Of a stretch of DNA of 64,000 nucleotides, positions 23,666-35,411 are shown piece after piece (within the stretch, counting starts at the first letter, position 1; every line of letters begins with the position of its first letter). A model generated the notes under the pieces. That model did not search any database and was not told the DNA's origin. It worked only from the letters and a program-made list of their open reading frames with translations. The DNA is from Heteronotia binoei (Eukaryota): the NCBI RefSeq assembly GCF_032191835.1, contig NC_083227.1:39246001-39310000 (forward strand). Direction: 5' to 3'. The position numbers were made by a program, and so were the translations under genes.

Positions 23666-25295
23666 TGCTTCAGAGCCAAAGAGGTAAGAGACCATGTTAA
23701 TTTAGTCGAATGAATATCAGTTTGACTGCCTGAGAAGAAGGTGAGAGGAAGCTGGGTATTGGATTTTATATTTCAAAATCAGTCCACAGAAACTAATATA
23801 ATCTACATGGAGTTTACATGAAAGAATGCACTTATAAGCTAAAATATCCTCTGTTGTCCATTCTCCCTTAGCCTTCTTTCTTCCAGTTCATATGATCCTC
23901 TTTTATCCATCCATCCATACTTTTCCAAATTCACAGTTTTTGCTTCTTATCTTCTGAACTGGTCAGAACAGAATCTTTTGGAGGCTGATCTGTGGCAAGA
24001 AAGAAAGCCATGAAAATGAACCTTCCACTGAATTAGACCATATAACCCAGAAACAAATGTGTTATCATGTTACCACTCAAACTAGAGTTTCCCGGTACCC
24101 TCTGGTCACTGGTGAGGGCTGAGGGGTAGGAGTGCCAAATCCAGGTGTAAAAACTCAAGGAGATCTGGGGATGAAGCTTGCGAGATGGGAGAAGGACCTC
24201 AATGGGGTATGATGTCATAGACTCCACCCTCCAATACATCAGTGTTCTACATGGGAAATGTAGTCTGGAGATGAGCTATAATTCCAGGGGATCCCCATGT
24301 CCCACCTGGAGGCTGGCATCCCTTAACCAAACTGAGATTTGCTACTTTCTGGACAGCATGACTGACCAACTTTAGTCAAGATGAGGCACTAGATTTTTAT
24401 TTAAGATATTTTTATACTTTTCTGATGAGCATCTGAGGTCTCAAATTGGTAACAGTAGTATAACAACAATTTGATAGAACAAACATTAAGACAACATTTA
24501 TAAAAACTGATCTCAAAGCACCTTACACCTCCCTATTGACAGGGTTTTCTCCCGTTGCCTAGGTGCTGGCTGCCGCAAAACCTCTCTGAAACAGCTCTCT
24601 GTGAAGAAAGCAAGGAAGATGGGAGCTGAAAGGCTGTGTGTTCCAGAGGCAGCTACTGAAAAGGTCTGAGCCTGGACTGTAGCCGAACATGCTTTGTGAG
24701 GGAACAAAACACTGCTATTGTGCAAGAATTCTGACATTCTCATACCTAGCATGTGAATGAGATTTGAAAGCTGTCTACATTCCCAAAATGACTAGAGTCA
24801 TTGGGAGATTTTTGAAGCTAATCTTATGGCACTGAAAACCCAAAGTCAGCCACTCTAGTGTGTACTACTGATGGACATCAGAGTGTAGCTAATTAGTCTT
24901 CTGTGCTGTCTTATCACAGGAAAATATGTTTTTTTCTAAATAGACCTAACCCCAAGGACCTAGGAGTCTGAGGTTCTAATACCCACTCTGCCATGGAAGC
25001 TTGCAGGATGGCCTTGGGTTAATCTCACATCCTGAGCCTAACCCACCCCATAGGTTTGTTGTGAGGATAAAATGGAGGAGAAAACTGCCTAAGTCACTTT
25101 GGGTCTCCACTGGGGAGAAAGGCAGTCTAGAATAATAAATGTTTTTAAAAATCATGTAGGACCACTGTGGGAGGCTATCACAAGTGGAAACCCATGAGCC
25201 CTACCTGTAAGAGCTGTAGCCTCACTGGGGGAATGGTGCCTGTGTGGAGATGTATGGCAAAGAGAATGGAGACTAGTCCTGCACCTTCCTCTGAC

Positions 25296-26201
25296 TGTTG
25301 GACGAAATTTTATTGCTCTGGTATGTGCTTTCCAACCAGGAAAGGGGATGGTGCAGTATATAAGGGGTTCATACTGTTTTAGCCCTACTCACCAAAGGCT
25401 GTTTCAAAGGATGGTGCTGGCTGAACTTAAAGAAAAGACTCAAAGCTATCTTAACAAAGTAACAGTTTATTCCTAAATATAACCTTCTATAATATCAGCT
25501 AGTACACTTTGGACCAGCAGCCAGGGCTGGCGCTGGTCCTAAGTAAAACAATAACTTCACTTAATACTTATCTAAGTTCCCCAATAACACAGAAAAGAAA
25601 CAAACCCTGAAATAAAGCAAAGACATGCAAACATAAGATCAAGAATTCTTGAGGTGCCACTCGTTACTGTCAGCGAGCACAAACTCTCTGCTGTCCTGTT
25701 CAGAGTGGGACCTCTAACAGAAATTTTGTACAGTCTTTATAGGCAAAGAACAAACAAGTCACACCATTCGATTACGACTTAATTACATTTAGCACCTCTC
25801 ACAATACATTCTTTGCGAAGGAGATGTTCCCATCGTCAGATGTTTTGAGATGTCATTGATGTACGAATGCAGATAACAGGATACATACAGATAACAGGAT
25901 AACATACATTCTTACATTTTAGGAAGGAAAGGAGGGCTATTCACATTTTATTGCCGGGGATCTAAGCAGCAAAATGTTATCTTTAGGGTCTGGGGTCTTG
26001 ATTTCAAAGAGATATATCTAGATACACATCCACTGATTGTTTATATGCTTACTCCCTGCTGGGAGGTATGGTGCTTGTGGTCACATAGGCACAAAAGTAA
26101 TAAAAAGGTCAAGAAACAGGCACAAGGAATTATGGAATCTTAATACTGACTACAGCATATCTTTTATTTCCCAAAGGACCATTCTAATTAATTTTTCCAC
26201 A
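25296..26201. mobile_element. Solo LTR (906 bp)
   Basis: TGTTGG...TTCCACA with 5-bp TSD CTGAC (25291-25295 / 26202-26206); absent at the paralogous sites ~29925 and ~42475. Confidence 0.8.
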
Positions 26202-26407
26202 CTGACATGCTGCTGGTGCTGCCAAATTTTGGTGCAGGAATCCAAACAGAGAGGCTCAGTTGCTATCCTAACTAGTCCCAGAATAGCCTTAGCAATGTGT
26301 TGCCATCTAGGGTGACCAAAATTCCAACCAAACACAAGTTATGGAGGAATGTCTAGCTCAGAGAGTGGATTTGGGCTGCTCCTCCTTCTTTCTGAGCCAC
26401 AACTCAC

Positions 26408-26571
26408 TTGGCCTTGATGCCTCTGGTAGGAGCTCCTTCCAAAACCTGCAGAGCCGAGCAGGTGAGGGCTTCATGACTTGAGGTGGCTCTGTGCTGATGT
26501 GAAAGAAGTTCTGCTCTGCAGGGTTGTAGAGTGGCCATTTTGTCTCACTGACATCTGAAGGGGTGGGATTG
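26408..26571 (-). pseudogene. Copy B exon 3 (164 nt, open through a phase-1 donor)
   Basis: ag|C then NPTPSDVSETKWPLYNPAEQNFFHISTEPPQVMKPSPARLCRFWKELLPEASRP, then A|GTGAGT; matches BCHE exon 3 (NP...WP...CxFW). Confidence 0.85.
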
Positions 26572-27194
26572 CTGTACAGGAGGCAAAAACATCATGATTC
26601 ACAAATTCAGAGAAGCAGCTAGTTTTGTGTTGTATGTTGTGTTTATGCATTTATTCATTTACGAACTTCATATGTCTCACTGATACTCAAGATGGATTAC
26701 AGGATTAAAAAAACAACAATTAGTTAAATACATGCTTTGGTAAGGTCTCTGAAACATTAATTGGATCTGGAAAACCTTACATCCCTGTCAACATTTATCT
26801 AAGAATGTGGGCATTGCTGATGGCACCACAAACTAACATGTCTGCTATTTAAGATCCTCCATAGAGGTGGTGACTCAGGTGACTATGACTTCTGAAATTA
26901 CACAGGCAATAACCAAAACACAGGGCCTTTTCTATGGGGAAGCCCCAGTTATGGAAAATCTTCCCTGGAGTTATGTGACAGATGCTTGCTCCAATATTGT
27001 CTGAGTGCCAAGTCCAGCCAATTTTATTTCCTCAAGTTTTTAATGAGAAACCTGCTGTCTGCTGCATCTGTAAAGCAATTTTAAAAACTTTTTGATTTCT
27101 TGTTATTTCTTCCCTCTTAGTAAGTAATTGCTTTTAGGCTTTCACTAGGTACCTTGGGAGTTTAATATTGAAAGGCAGGATAAACATATGTAGT

Positions 27195-27415
27195 AGAGGT
27201 CCATCAGTGGCTATTAGCCACAGCGTATTGTTGGAACTCTCTGTCTGGGGCACTGATGCTCTGTATTCTTGGTGCTTGGTGCTGGGGGGGACACTGTGGG
27301 AGGGTTTCTAGTGCCCAGACCCCACTGATGGACCTCCTGATGGCACCTGTTTTTTTTGGTCACTGTGTGACACAGAGTGTTGGACTGGATGGGCCGTTGG
27401 CCTGATCCAAGATGA
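27195..27415 (+). mobile_element. CR1 3' UTR fragment
   Basis: gaggtccatcagtggctattagcc...ggactggatgggcc-ttggcctgatccaa, as in the other CR1 ends here. Confidence 0.65.
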
Positions 27416-27675
27416 ACATGAACATATGAAGCTGCCTTATACTGAATCAGACCCCCCAGGATCCATCAAATTCAGTATTGTCTACTCAGACTGGCAGTGG
27501 CTCTCCAGGGAGGTTTTTCCAGGGAGGTTTTTCAGGGAGGCGTGAAAAACCTCTCCAGCGGAAGTTTTTCATGCCTACTTGCCTGGACCCCCTTTTTTAG
27601 TGGAGATGCCGGGGATTGAACTTGGGACCATCTGCTTACCAAGTAGATGCTCTACCACTGAGCCACCATCCCTCC
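27414..27675 (-). mobile_element. tRNA-derived SINE with a CR1-like tail
   Basis: Minus strand ggtggctcagtggtagagcatct...ggtcccaagttcaatccccggc (A/B boxes) and a catatgttcatgtt tail. Confidence 0.65.
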
Positions 27676-28221
27676 CCTATGGCTTCTCTAATGTTCATAT
27701 GTTACAAGTGAAATGTTATTACCCACAAGAAGGGCATAAAAGTCAGCACAGTGTACTGGTTAGAGTATTGGATCCAGGAAATCCATGTTCAAATTATTCT
27801 TGCATGAAATTTGCTTGGGTGACCTTTGGGCCGTCTGTCTGTCTGTCTATCTCACTCTATCTCTAGGTGCCTACCTATCTCACAGGGTTGTTAGAGGATT
27901 TAAATCAGCAAGGGGAGAACATGGTACATTGGCTTTAGTCCCTGGGGGGGAATAAAAATGTACTACTAATAAATATGTCTCTAATAAAGAAATGCATTTA
28001 ACTAATATATATAGTTGAGGCTATGTCTAGTTAACAGACTGGCATTTCTCTCACAGGTAACCGACACTGGCATGTATTGAAAGCAAATGTCAGTTCCTAA
28101 CATGTTCTGGGATAGAAGAACCTGAGGGAAATGCTACCTTTGTATCTTTGGAGCCAGCAATGGTGAATGTCCATATATAAATTGTATATGGTGAATGTCC
28201 ATATATAAACCGTTCTCTTAC

Positions 28222-29109
28222 CCGCTTCTGGCAAACTCTGCCCAGTATCGCATCACTCGGGGGATTAGCTCTAACTCTGCCTCTGTGTGAGTTACATTGG
28301 ATCCCAGTAATAAGGTCAGAGTTCCCAAAAGGTATGGGACCTCAGACCCATGGGTTGACCCTATCCATTCAGGCCAGATGGAGTCATTGCTGCGATGGGT
28401 GAAAGTGTAAGCATACACAGGGATTCCACTCTTTGCAGTCTCTGTGGCAATTTCATTTGCTGAACATACAAAGAAGTAATCACCCCAGGCGTGGGCCAAG
28501 GCAGAACGATAGTGTGCTGGGCCTTCTGGTTCTGCTTCTCTGTACCTCAGAGAAATGGATTGGATGAAGTCTTCAGTTGCATTGTGTATGCTTATGTTAA
28601 GCCCTTCCAAGAGCTGCTTCCAGGTCAAAAGGCTTTCATTGAATGCAAAGAAGACAAACAAGGACCCTTCGTCAGAGGTGGTACCAATCATAATAGGTTT
28701 AGACTGAAAGTGCCCAGACTCCACAAGTTTCTGTGGGTCATCAGGAAGGAAATCTCCATCTGTTGTTGGTATGAAGGGAAAGTTCAGAACAACCTTTGGA
28801 TCCACCACAAGCAATGCACATATTGGAAATTCTTCCATTTTCTTTCCCTGCAAGCAACTTACTATGACACTGTCCTCACCATCTGTACAGCCCATCAGCT
28901 TGGCCAATACCAAAGCTCTCCTTTTTGCCTCCTCAGGACTCACCCAAGCCCATGGTGCAATGGCTGTCCCACTCTGTAGCACAGCACGGTCAAATAGAGG
29001 TTGACTCCCAGGTGAGAGGAGGTGATAGTTCACAGATGCTCCTCCAGAACTTACACCAAAAATGATTATCTGAGTCGGGTCTCCTCCAAAAGCAACTGCA
29101 TTCTCCCTC
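28222..29109 (-). pseudogene. Copy B, 3' ~60% of the large exon (5' end missing)
   Basis: Open frame RENAVAFGGDPTQIIIFGVSSGG...HGSE...FARS-gg|GTAAG; homology to A/C/D stops abruptly at 29109. Confidence 0.88.
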
Positions 29110-29758
29110 CCGCTTGGAGTGGGCCTGGAGGAAGGCTAATAGAGCCTTACGTATTGCCATGGAGTCGGGATTGGGTGTTTATGTGCCCTACCCATCCATC
29201 ACAGCCAGTTGTGCTGATTTGTATAGGCCTGATGGGGTGCATCTTTTGATAAAGGGCAACGAGGCATTTTTGGCTGAGTTATGGCAGGGGCTGGAACATG
29301 TTCTCGTTTAGTGGGGGACAGTGGCCTAAGCTGAGGCTTGGCTCTGTCTGTAGCGGTTTTACTGTTGGAAACATGTTATTTTGGGGTATTGGTGAGCTCC
29401 CATGGCAACGCACCATTGGGGTGTAGGGCGTCCCTGGGGTGACCTAAGCTGTACTGCTCAAGGTTGACTCCAGGGAGCCTCGGGATCCCGTCACTATTGA
29501 GTTGTCCACATCCCAGGCTGTACGGCTCAGGTGAGGGTGGAGCTTTGTGAATGGGATCTCGTGCCTGGCCGGTCGGGTTTGAGCCGTTGTGTCGGCTCAC
29601 ACCCGAGTCCCGGGGCTCGCCCAGTTTTTGGGTCAAGGAGGTGGTCTGGTTATGACCCCTGGCTTGACCTGGCCCCATTTTCCCCCATTGCCATTAAGTT
29701 TTTAAAAAGTGGCCCTTTATTCCACATTGTTGTCTCGTTATTCTGAATGGGGGGGCAA
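29110..29758 (+). mobile_element. 3' fragment of a tyrosine-recombinase retroelement (Ngaro/DIRS-like) with an SGNH-hydrolase C-terminus
   Basis: Translation ADLYRPDGVHLLIKGNEAFL (SGNH block V, DxxH) to a stop at 29311, followed by a GC-rich terminal repeat-like segment. Confidence 0.6.
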
Positions 29759-30128
29759 TAAAATCATCTAGGACCATTGTGGGAGGCTGTCACAAGTGGA
29801 AACCCATGAGCTGTACCAGATAAGAGCTGTAGCCTCACTGGGGGAATGGTGCCTGCGTGGAGATGGAGTGTTTTGCATGGCAAAGGGAATCAAGATTAGT
29901 CCTGCACCTTCCTCTGACAGGCCTCTACTACTGACTGATTTTGGTGCAGGAATTAAAACAGAGAGGCTCAGTTGCTATCCTAACCAGTCCCGGAATAGCC
30001 TTAGCAATGTGTTGCCATCTAAGGTGACCAAAATTCCAACCAAACACAAGTTATGGAGGAATGTCTAGCTCAGAGAGTGGATTTGGGCTTCTCCTCCTTC
30101 TTTCAGGGCCTCAACTCACTTGGCCTCT

Positions 30129-30285
30129 CTATGCCTCTGATAAGCTCTCCTTCCAAAACCTGCAGAGCCGAGCGGGTGAGGGCTTCATGACTTGAGGTGG
30201 CTCTGTGCTGATGCGAAAGAAGTTCTGCTTTGCAGGGTTGTAGAACGGCCATTTTGTCTCACCAACATCTGAAGGGGTGGGATTG
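30129..30285 (-). CDS. Copy C exon 3 (terminal coding exon)
   Basis: NPTPSDVGETKWPFYNPAKQNFFRISTEPPQVMKPSPARLCRFWKESLSEA then TAG; GTGAGT donor 9 nt after the stop. Confidence 0.88.
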
Positions 30286-30470
30286 CTGTACAGGAGGCAA
30301 AAACATCATGATTCACAAATTCAGAGAAGCAGCTAGTTCTGTGTAAAGTATATTTTGTCTATATGTTGTCTGTTTATGCATTTATTTACTAATGTATGTT
30401 TCATGGAGACTCAACTTGGATTACAGGATTAAAAAAACCCCTAAAACCAGTAAAATACATACTTTGGTAA

Positions 30471-31000
30471 TAGGATTGCCAAGTCCAATTCAAGAAATAG
30501 CTGGGGATTTTGGGGGTGGAGCCAGGAGACTTTGGGGGTGGAGCCAGGAGACTTTGGAGGTGGGGTCAAGATTAAGGCTCTGACAAGCATAATTGAACTC
30601 CAAAGGGAGTTCGGGCCATCACATTTAAAGGGACAGCACACCTTTTCAATTCCTTCCTTCCATAGGAAATAATGAAGGATAGGGGCACCTTCTTTTGGGG
30701 CTCACAGAATTGGACCCCCTGGTCCAATCTTCTTGAAACTTGGGGGGTATTTTGGGGAGAGGCACTAGATGCTATAGTGAAAGTTTGGTGCTTCTGCCCC
30801 AAAAAACAGCCCCCCAGAGCCCCAGATACCCACCGATCAATTCTCCATTATTTTCCATGGGAATAAATCCCCATAGGGAATAACAGAGTTCCCAGCAGAC
30901 ATTTCCCTCCCCTCCCCCCCGCTTTCTGATGACCCTGAAGCGGGGGGAGGGCCTCCAAAATGGGTGATCCCCTGCCCCCACCTGGGGATTGGCAACCCTA
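30471..31000. mobile_element. Non-autonomous hAT (Blackjack-like) element
   Basis: taggattgcca / tggcaacccta ends, perfect 8-bp TSD TTTGGTAA; empty site in copy D at ~42950. Confidence 0.88.
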
Positions 31001-31704
31001 TTTGGTAAGGTCCTTACAACATTAATTAAATTTGGAAAACCCTACATCCCTGTCAACATTTATCTAAGAATGTGCGTGATATTAGTGGCACCACAAACTA
31101 TTATGTCTGCTATTTAATATCCTTCACAGAGGTGGTGACTCAGGTGACCATGACTTTGAAATTACGCAGGCGATAACCAAATCAAGGGGCCTTTTCTATG
31201 GGAAAGCCCCAGTTTTGGAATATGTGCCAGATACTTGCTCCAATATCCTCTGGGTACCAATTCCAGCCAGTTCTATTTCCCCAAGTTTTTTATGAGAAAC
31301 TTGCTGTTTGCCATAATGTGATTTTAAAAACTTTCTGATTTCTTGTTCTTTTATGCCTCTTAGTAAGTAATTGCTTTTATATTTTCACTAGTTACCTTGG
31401 AGGCAGAATTTATTGCCCACAAGAAGGGCATAAAAGTCAGCACAGTGTACTGGTTAGAATATTGGATCCAGGAAATCCATGTTCAAACCCTCATTCTTGC
31501 ATGAGATTTGCTTGGGTGACCTTTGGGCCATATTCCTCCCCCTCTGCCTACCTACCTCACAGGGTTGTTAGAAGATTAAAATTGTCAAGGAGGGAACACT
31601 GGCTTTAGCCCCTTGGAGGAAGGGTGGAATGCAAATGTACTAAGTAATAATAAGAAATATCTCAAATAAACAAATGCATTATTGCATTATATATTATATG
31701 CAAC

Positions 31705-31712
<8 letters not shown>

Positions 31713-31788
<76 letters not shown>
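31713..31788. repeat. (TA)n microsatellite, ~38 units
   Basis: Direct reading. Confidence 0.95.
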
Positions 31789-31791
<3 letters not shown>

Positions 31792-31970
31792 GAGGCTGTG
31801 TCTACTTAACATATTGGCATTTCCTCCCACAGGAGACCAACACTGGCAGGTATTTAAAGTGGATGCCAGTTCCTAACATGTCTTGTGATAGAGAAACCTT
31901 AGGGAAGCACTACTTTCTGTATTTTTGGAGCGAGCGATGGTGACTGTCGATATATAAACAGTTCTCTTAC

Positions 31971-33454
31971 CCGCTTCTGGCAAATTCCGCCCAGTATCGC
32001 ATCACTCGGGGGATTAGCTCTAACTCTGCCTCTGTGTGAGTTGCATTGGTTCCTGGTAATAAGGTCAGCGTCCCAAAAACGTATGGGAGCTCAGATCCAT
32101 GGTTTGACCCCATCCACTCGGGCCAGACAGAGCCAATGCTACGATGGGTGAAAGTGTAAGCATACACAGGGCTTCCAGTCTTTGCAGTTTCTGTGGCAAT
32201 TTCGTTTGCTGGACATACAAAGAAGTAATCACCCCAGGCATGGACCAAGGCAGAACGATAGTGTGCTGGACCTTTTGGTTCTGATTCATTGTACCTCCAA
32301 GCAATGGATTGGATGAAATCTTCTGTTGCATTGCATATGCTTATGTTCAGCCCTTCCAAGAACTGCTCCCAGGTCAAAAGGGTTCCATTGAAGTAAGGAG
32401 CAGCAGCGTAGACAAGCACAGACCCTTCATCAGAGGCGGTACCAATCATAATAGGCTTAGGCTGAAAGTGCCCAGACTCCACACATTTCTGTGGATCATC
32501 AGGAAGGAAATCTCCATCTGTTGTTGGTACAAAGGGATGGTGCAGACCGGTCTTGGTTTCCAACATAAACAATGTATATATTGGAAATTCTTCCATTTTC
32601 TTTTCCTGCAAGCAACTCACTATGGCACTCACCTCACCTTCTGTACAGCCCATGAGCTTAGCCAGGGCCAAGGATCTCCTCTTTGCCTCCTCAGGACTCT
32701 CCCAAGTCCAGGGTGCAATGGCCGACCCACTCTGCAGCACAGCACGGTCAAATAGATGCTGACTCCCTGGTGAGAGGAGGTGATAGCTGACAGACACTCC
32801 TCCGGCACTATGACCAAAAATGGTTATCTGAAATGGGGCTCCTCCAAAAACAGCTGCATTCTCCCTCACCCATCTTAGGGCCAACTGCTGGTCGAACAGG
32901 CCTATGTTCCCTGGGGCAGCTGGTGGCAATGAAAGGAAGCCTAGAGCTCCCAGACGGTAATTCATAGAAACCACAATGACATTCTCGGTAGCAGCTAAGA
33001 ATGCCCCATCATATATGGCCAGGGAAGCTGTGCCAACAACAAATCCCCCACCATGGATCCAGACAAGGACTGCAGCAGGTGTGGAGGGCCGGGGATGGGG
33101 CACCCAGACATTGAGGAAGAGACAGTCCTCTGAAAGGGGTGTGTTGGCATTGAATATGGCAGCATCAGGAGTGCCATTAACAACTACTTGTGGGCACGAA
33201 TTTCCAAAGTTGCTGGCTTCCAGGATATGGCTCCATGGCTTATGGGGAAGAGGCTTCTGGAAACGCAATTTCCCCACAGGGGGTTCTGCATAGGGGATGC
33301 CCAGATAGGCTGTAACATTTCTTGAGCCAGCTGAGAGATGCTTTCCCTGGATAGGGCCACTGCTGGTGACTACTGTAGTCTCATTTTCAGCAGAAGTCTT
33401 GGGTTCCAGAAGGGAGAGGAGCAGGAAGGTCAACCAAAGGAAGAGTCTAGTCAT
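31971..33454 (-). CDS. Cholinesterase-like carboxylesterase copy C, large coding exon (546-aa protein with exon 3)
   Basis: Acceptor +8 nt ATG (MTRLFLW); GGGF, GHSAG, DEG, HGSE; donor gg|GTAAG; 494 codons + 2 nt. Confidence 0.93.
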
Positions 33455-34040
33455 TGCAGCACCTGAAAGGGAAGAATCCCAGAAGAAGTTACCATCCAAT
33501 TCAAAAAAAGAAAAGAAATAGGCCATTTCCCTTTTCTATCCTCCTCTTGGTACTGAGGTTCTTGGTCATGAGTTCTTGGTCTTGGTTCTTGGTCATGAGT
33601 TTGAGTAACAATGTTTGAGCCAATATGATAACTACACTTTAACTTAGTGAACATCCTAGGTGTTCAGGATAGAATTATTTTTTTAGGATATTTCTATGTT
33701 CCCTCTGCAGAGTGCTCCACATGGTGATTTACATTTAGTACCTATGCATATGAAGTATCCAGACTTCCTCAGTCACAGGAAAGGAAACCCAGGAGTTGCA
33801 CAGAAGCACCAAAGTGTTGTGCAGAAGCAAAAAACTTCTTTCAACAAACATGCAAGAGGGGGACAAACAACTCAGTATTGTCTCTGTTGTGAGTACAAAG
33901 TCCCATGGAAGTCAGTTTTCACTTCAGTCAGCATCACATTTAAATGAGGACTTAGGTCTGGTGTGCATGTATTAAATGCTTTCAAGTCGCTTCTTATATA
34001 TGGCCACCCTATGAACTGATTTCCAAAACACCCTTCTGTG

Positions 34041-34296
34041 GGAGAGCCAGTTTGGTGTAGTGGTTAAGTGCGTGGACTCTTATCTGGGAGAACTGGGTTT
34101 GATTCCCCACTCCTCCACTTGCACCTGCTGGAATGGCCTTGGGTCAGCCATAGCTCTGGCAGAAGTTGTCCTTGAAAGGGCAGCTGCTGTGAGAGCCCTC
34201 TCCAGCCCCACCCACCTCACAGGGTGTCTGTTGTGGGGGAGGAAGGTAAAGGAGATTGTGAGCCGCTCTGAGACTCTTCGGAGTGGAGGGCGGGAT
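34041..34296 (+). mobile_element. tRNA-derived squamate SINE (Squam3-like), running into a gap
   Basis: gagagccagtttggtgtagtggttaag...gggtttgattcccc A/B boxes and cctcacagggtgtctgttgtgggg core; further copies at 36523, 53775 and 63169. Confidence 0.8.
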
Positions 34297-34441
34297 NNNN
34301 NNNNNNNNNNNNNNNNNNNNNNNNNNNNNNNNNNNNNNNNNNNNNNNNNNNNNNNNNNNNNNNNNNNNNNNNNNNNNNNNNNNNNNNNNNNNNNNNNNNN
34401 NNNNNNNNNNNNNNNNNNNNNNNNNNNNNNNNNNNNNNNNN
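34297..34441. other. Assembly gap (145 N)
   Basis: N run. Confidence 1.
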
Positions 34442-35281
34442 CTTGCAAACTGAGGATTGCGGATTCCTTGATAAAGTCATGTTGGGTCTTTCTCTTTTCC
34501 TACTGCTTTGAGTTTTTCCTAGCATTATTGCCTTTTCCAGTGACTCTTGTATTCTTATACTGTGACCAAACTACAATAGCCTGGTATCGCCTGCATATTC
34601 CGTAGAGCGGAGAACAAGAATCCAAAGAGGCTAAGAGTTACTGTACTACTTCAGACTCTATGTGGGGGATTCCAGTTTGATTTATTTTCAGTATTTCAGA
34701 CGTGAAGCATGTAGAGTTCTTAGTGTGAATGAAAATTAACCCTCCCACTGCACTAATTGTCCCTAGGTGGTTGTTGCTAACCAGGAGGCTGTAGGAATCC
34801 ATGCCCGTGACTGAAAGAACAAAGTTTGAATGCAGTGGCACCATGAAGACCAACCAGCTTATTCAAGGTATGAGCTTTTCTGTGCAGGCACATTTCCTCA
34901 GTTACATAACAGTGGAAGTTAATATTTCATTTGCATATGTCCAAACATCTTCAGTAAGCTGTATGCTGCTTTGCTATTCACCTATGTAGAGGCATCTGCC
35001 TAGATATATGAAACGTTAACCTACGTTTCTATGTATCTCAGGAAGTGTGGGTGCACATACCTTGAATAAACTGGACTCAAAATTTGTTCAACGGCTTCTG
35101 ATCAACATAGTTGCCCGCCTGGATCTATCTTCACAAACAAAAGAGTTAGCAACTCTGCAGGGAGAGTACTCTACATGCTTGGTGCAGAGTCTGCTAAGAT
35201 TTAATCACCCTGACAAGAATCCCTTCCGTATTCTGTTTCCTGTCATTTCATACAAACAGTACTTTGAGACAGCGGACTCAC

Positions 35282-35411
35282 GTTTTCTTGCCAACTCCAG
35301 CAATCATTTCTGTTCAGCTCTCTGTGTATTAGTTCACTTATCTCTAACATGTGAAGGAAGCAAGAAACCAACATTATTTATCTTGAAAGAAATTACTCAA
35401 CAGGCTTTGCC
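35282..35411 (-). promoter_or_regulatory. Putative non-coding exon 1 and promoter of copy C
   Basis: GTGAGT donor at 35276-35281; ATAAATAA, TTGAGTAAT and GGCAAAG motifs as in A and D. Confidence 0.6.

Noticed and set aside
29110-29311. Functional fusion of the SGNH hydrolase fragment with esterase B
   Set aside because: Opposite strands and both are fragments; the adjacency reflects a rearrangement.
34041-34120. tRNA genes at SINE heads (34041, 36523, 53775, 63169, 27600-27675)
   Set aside because: A/B boxes only, no complete cloverleaf, and each is fused to a repeated SINE body.
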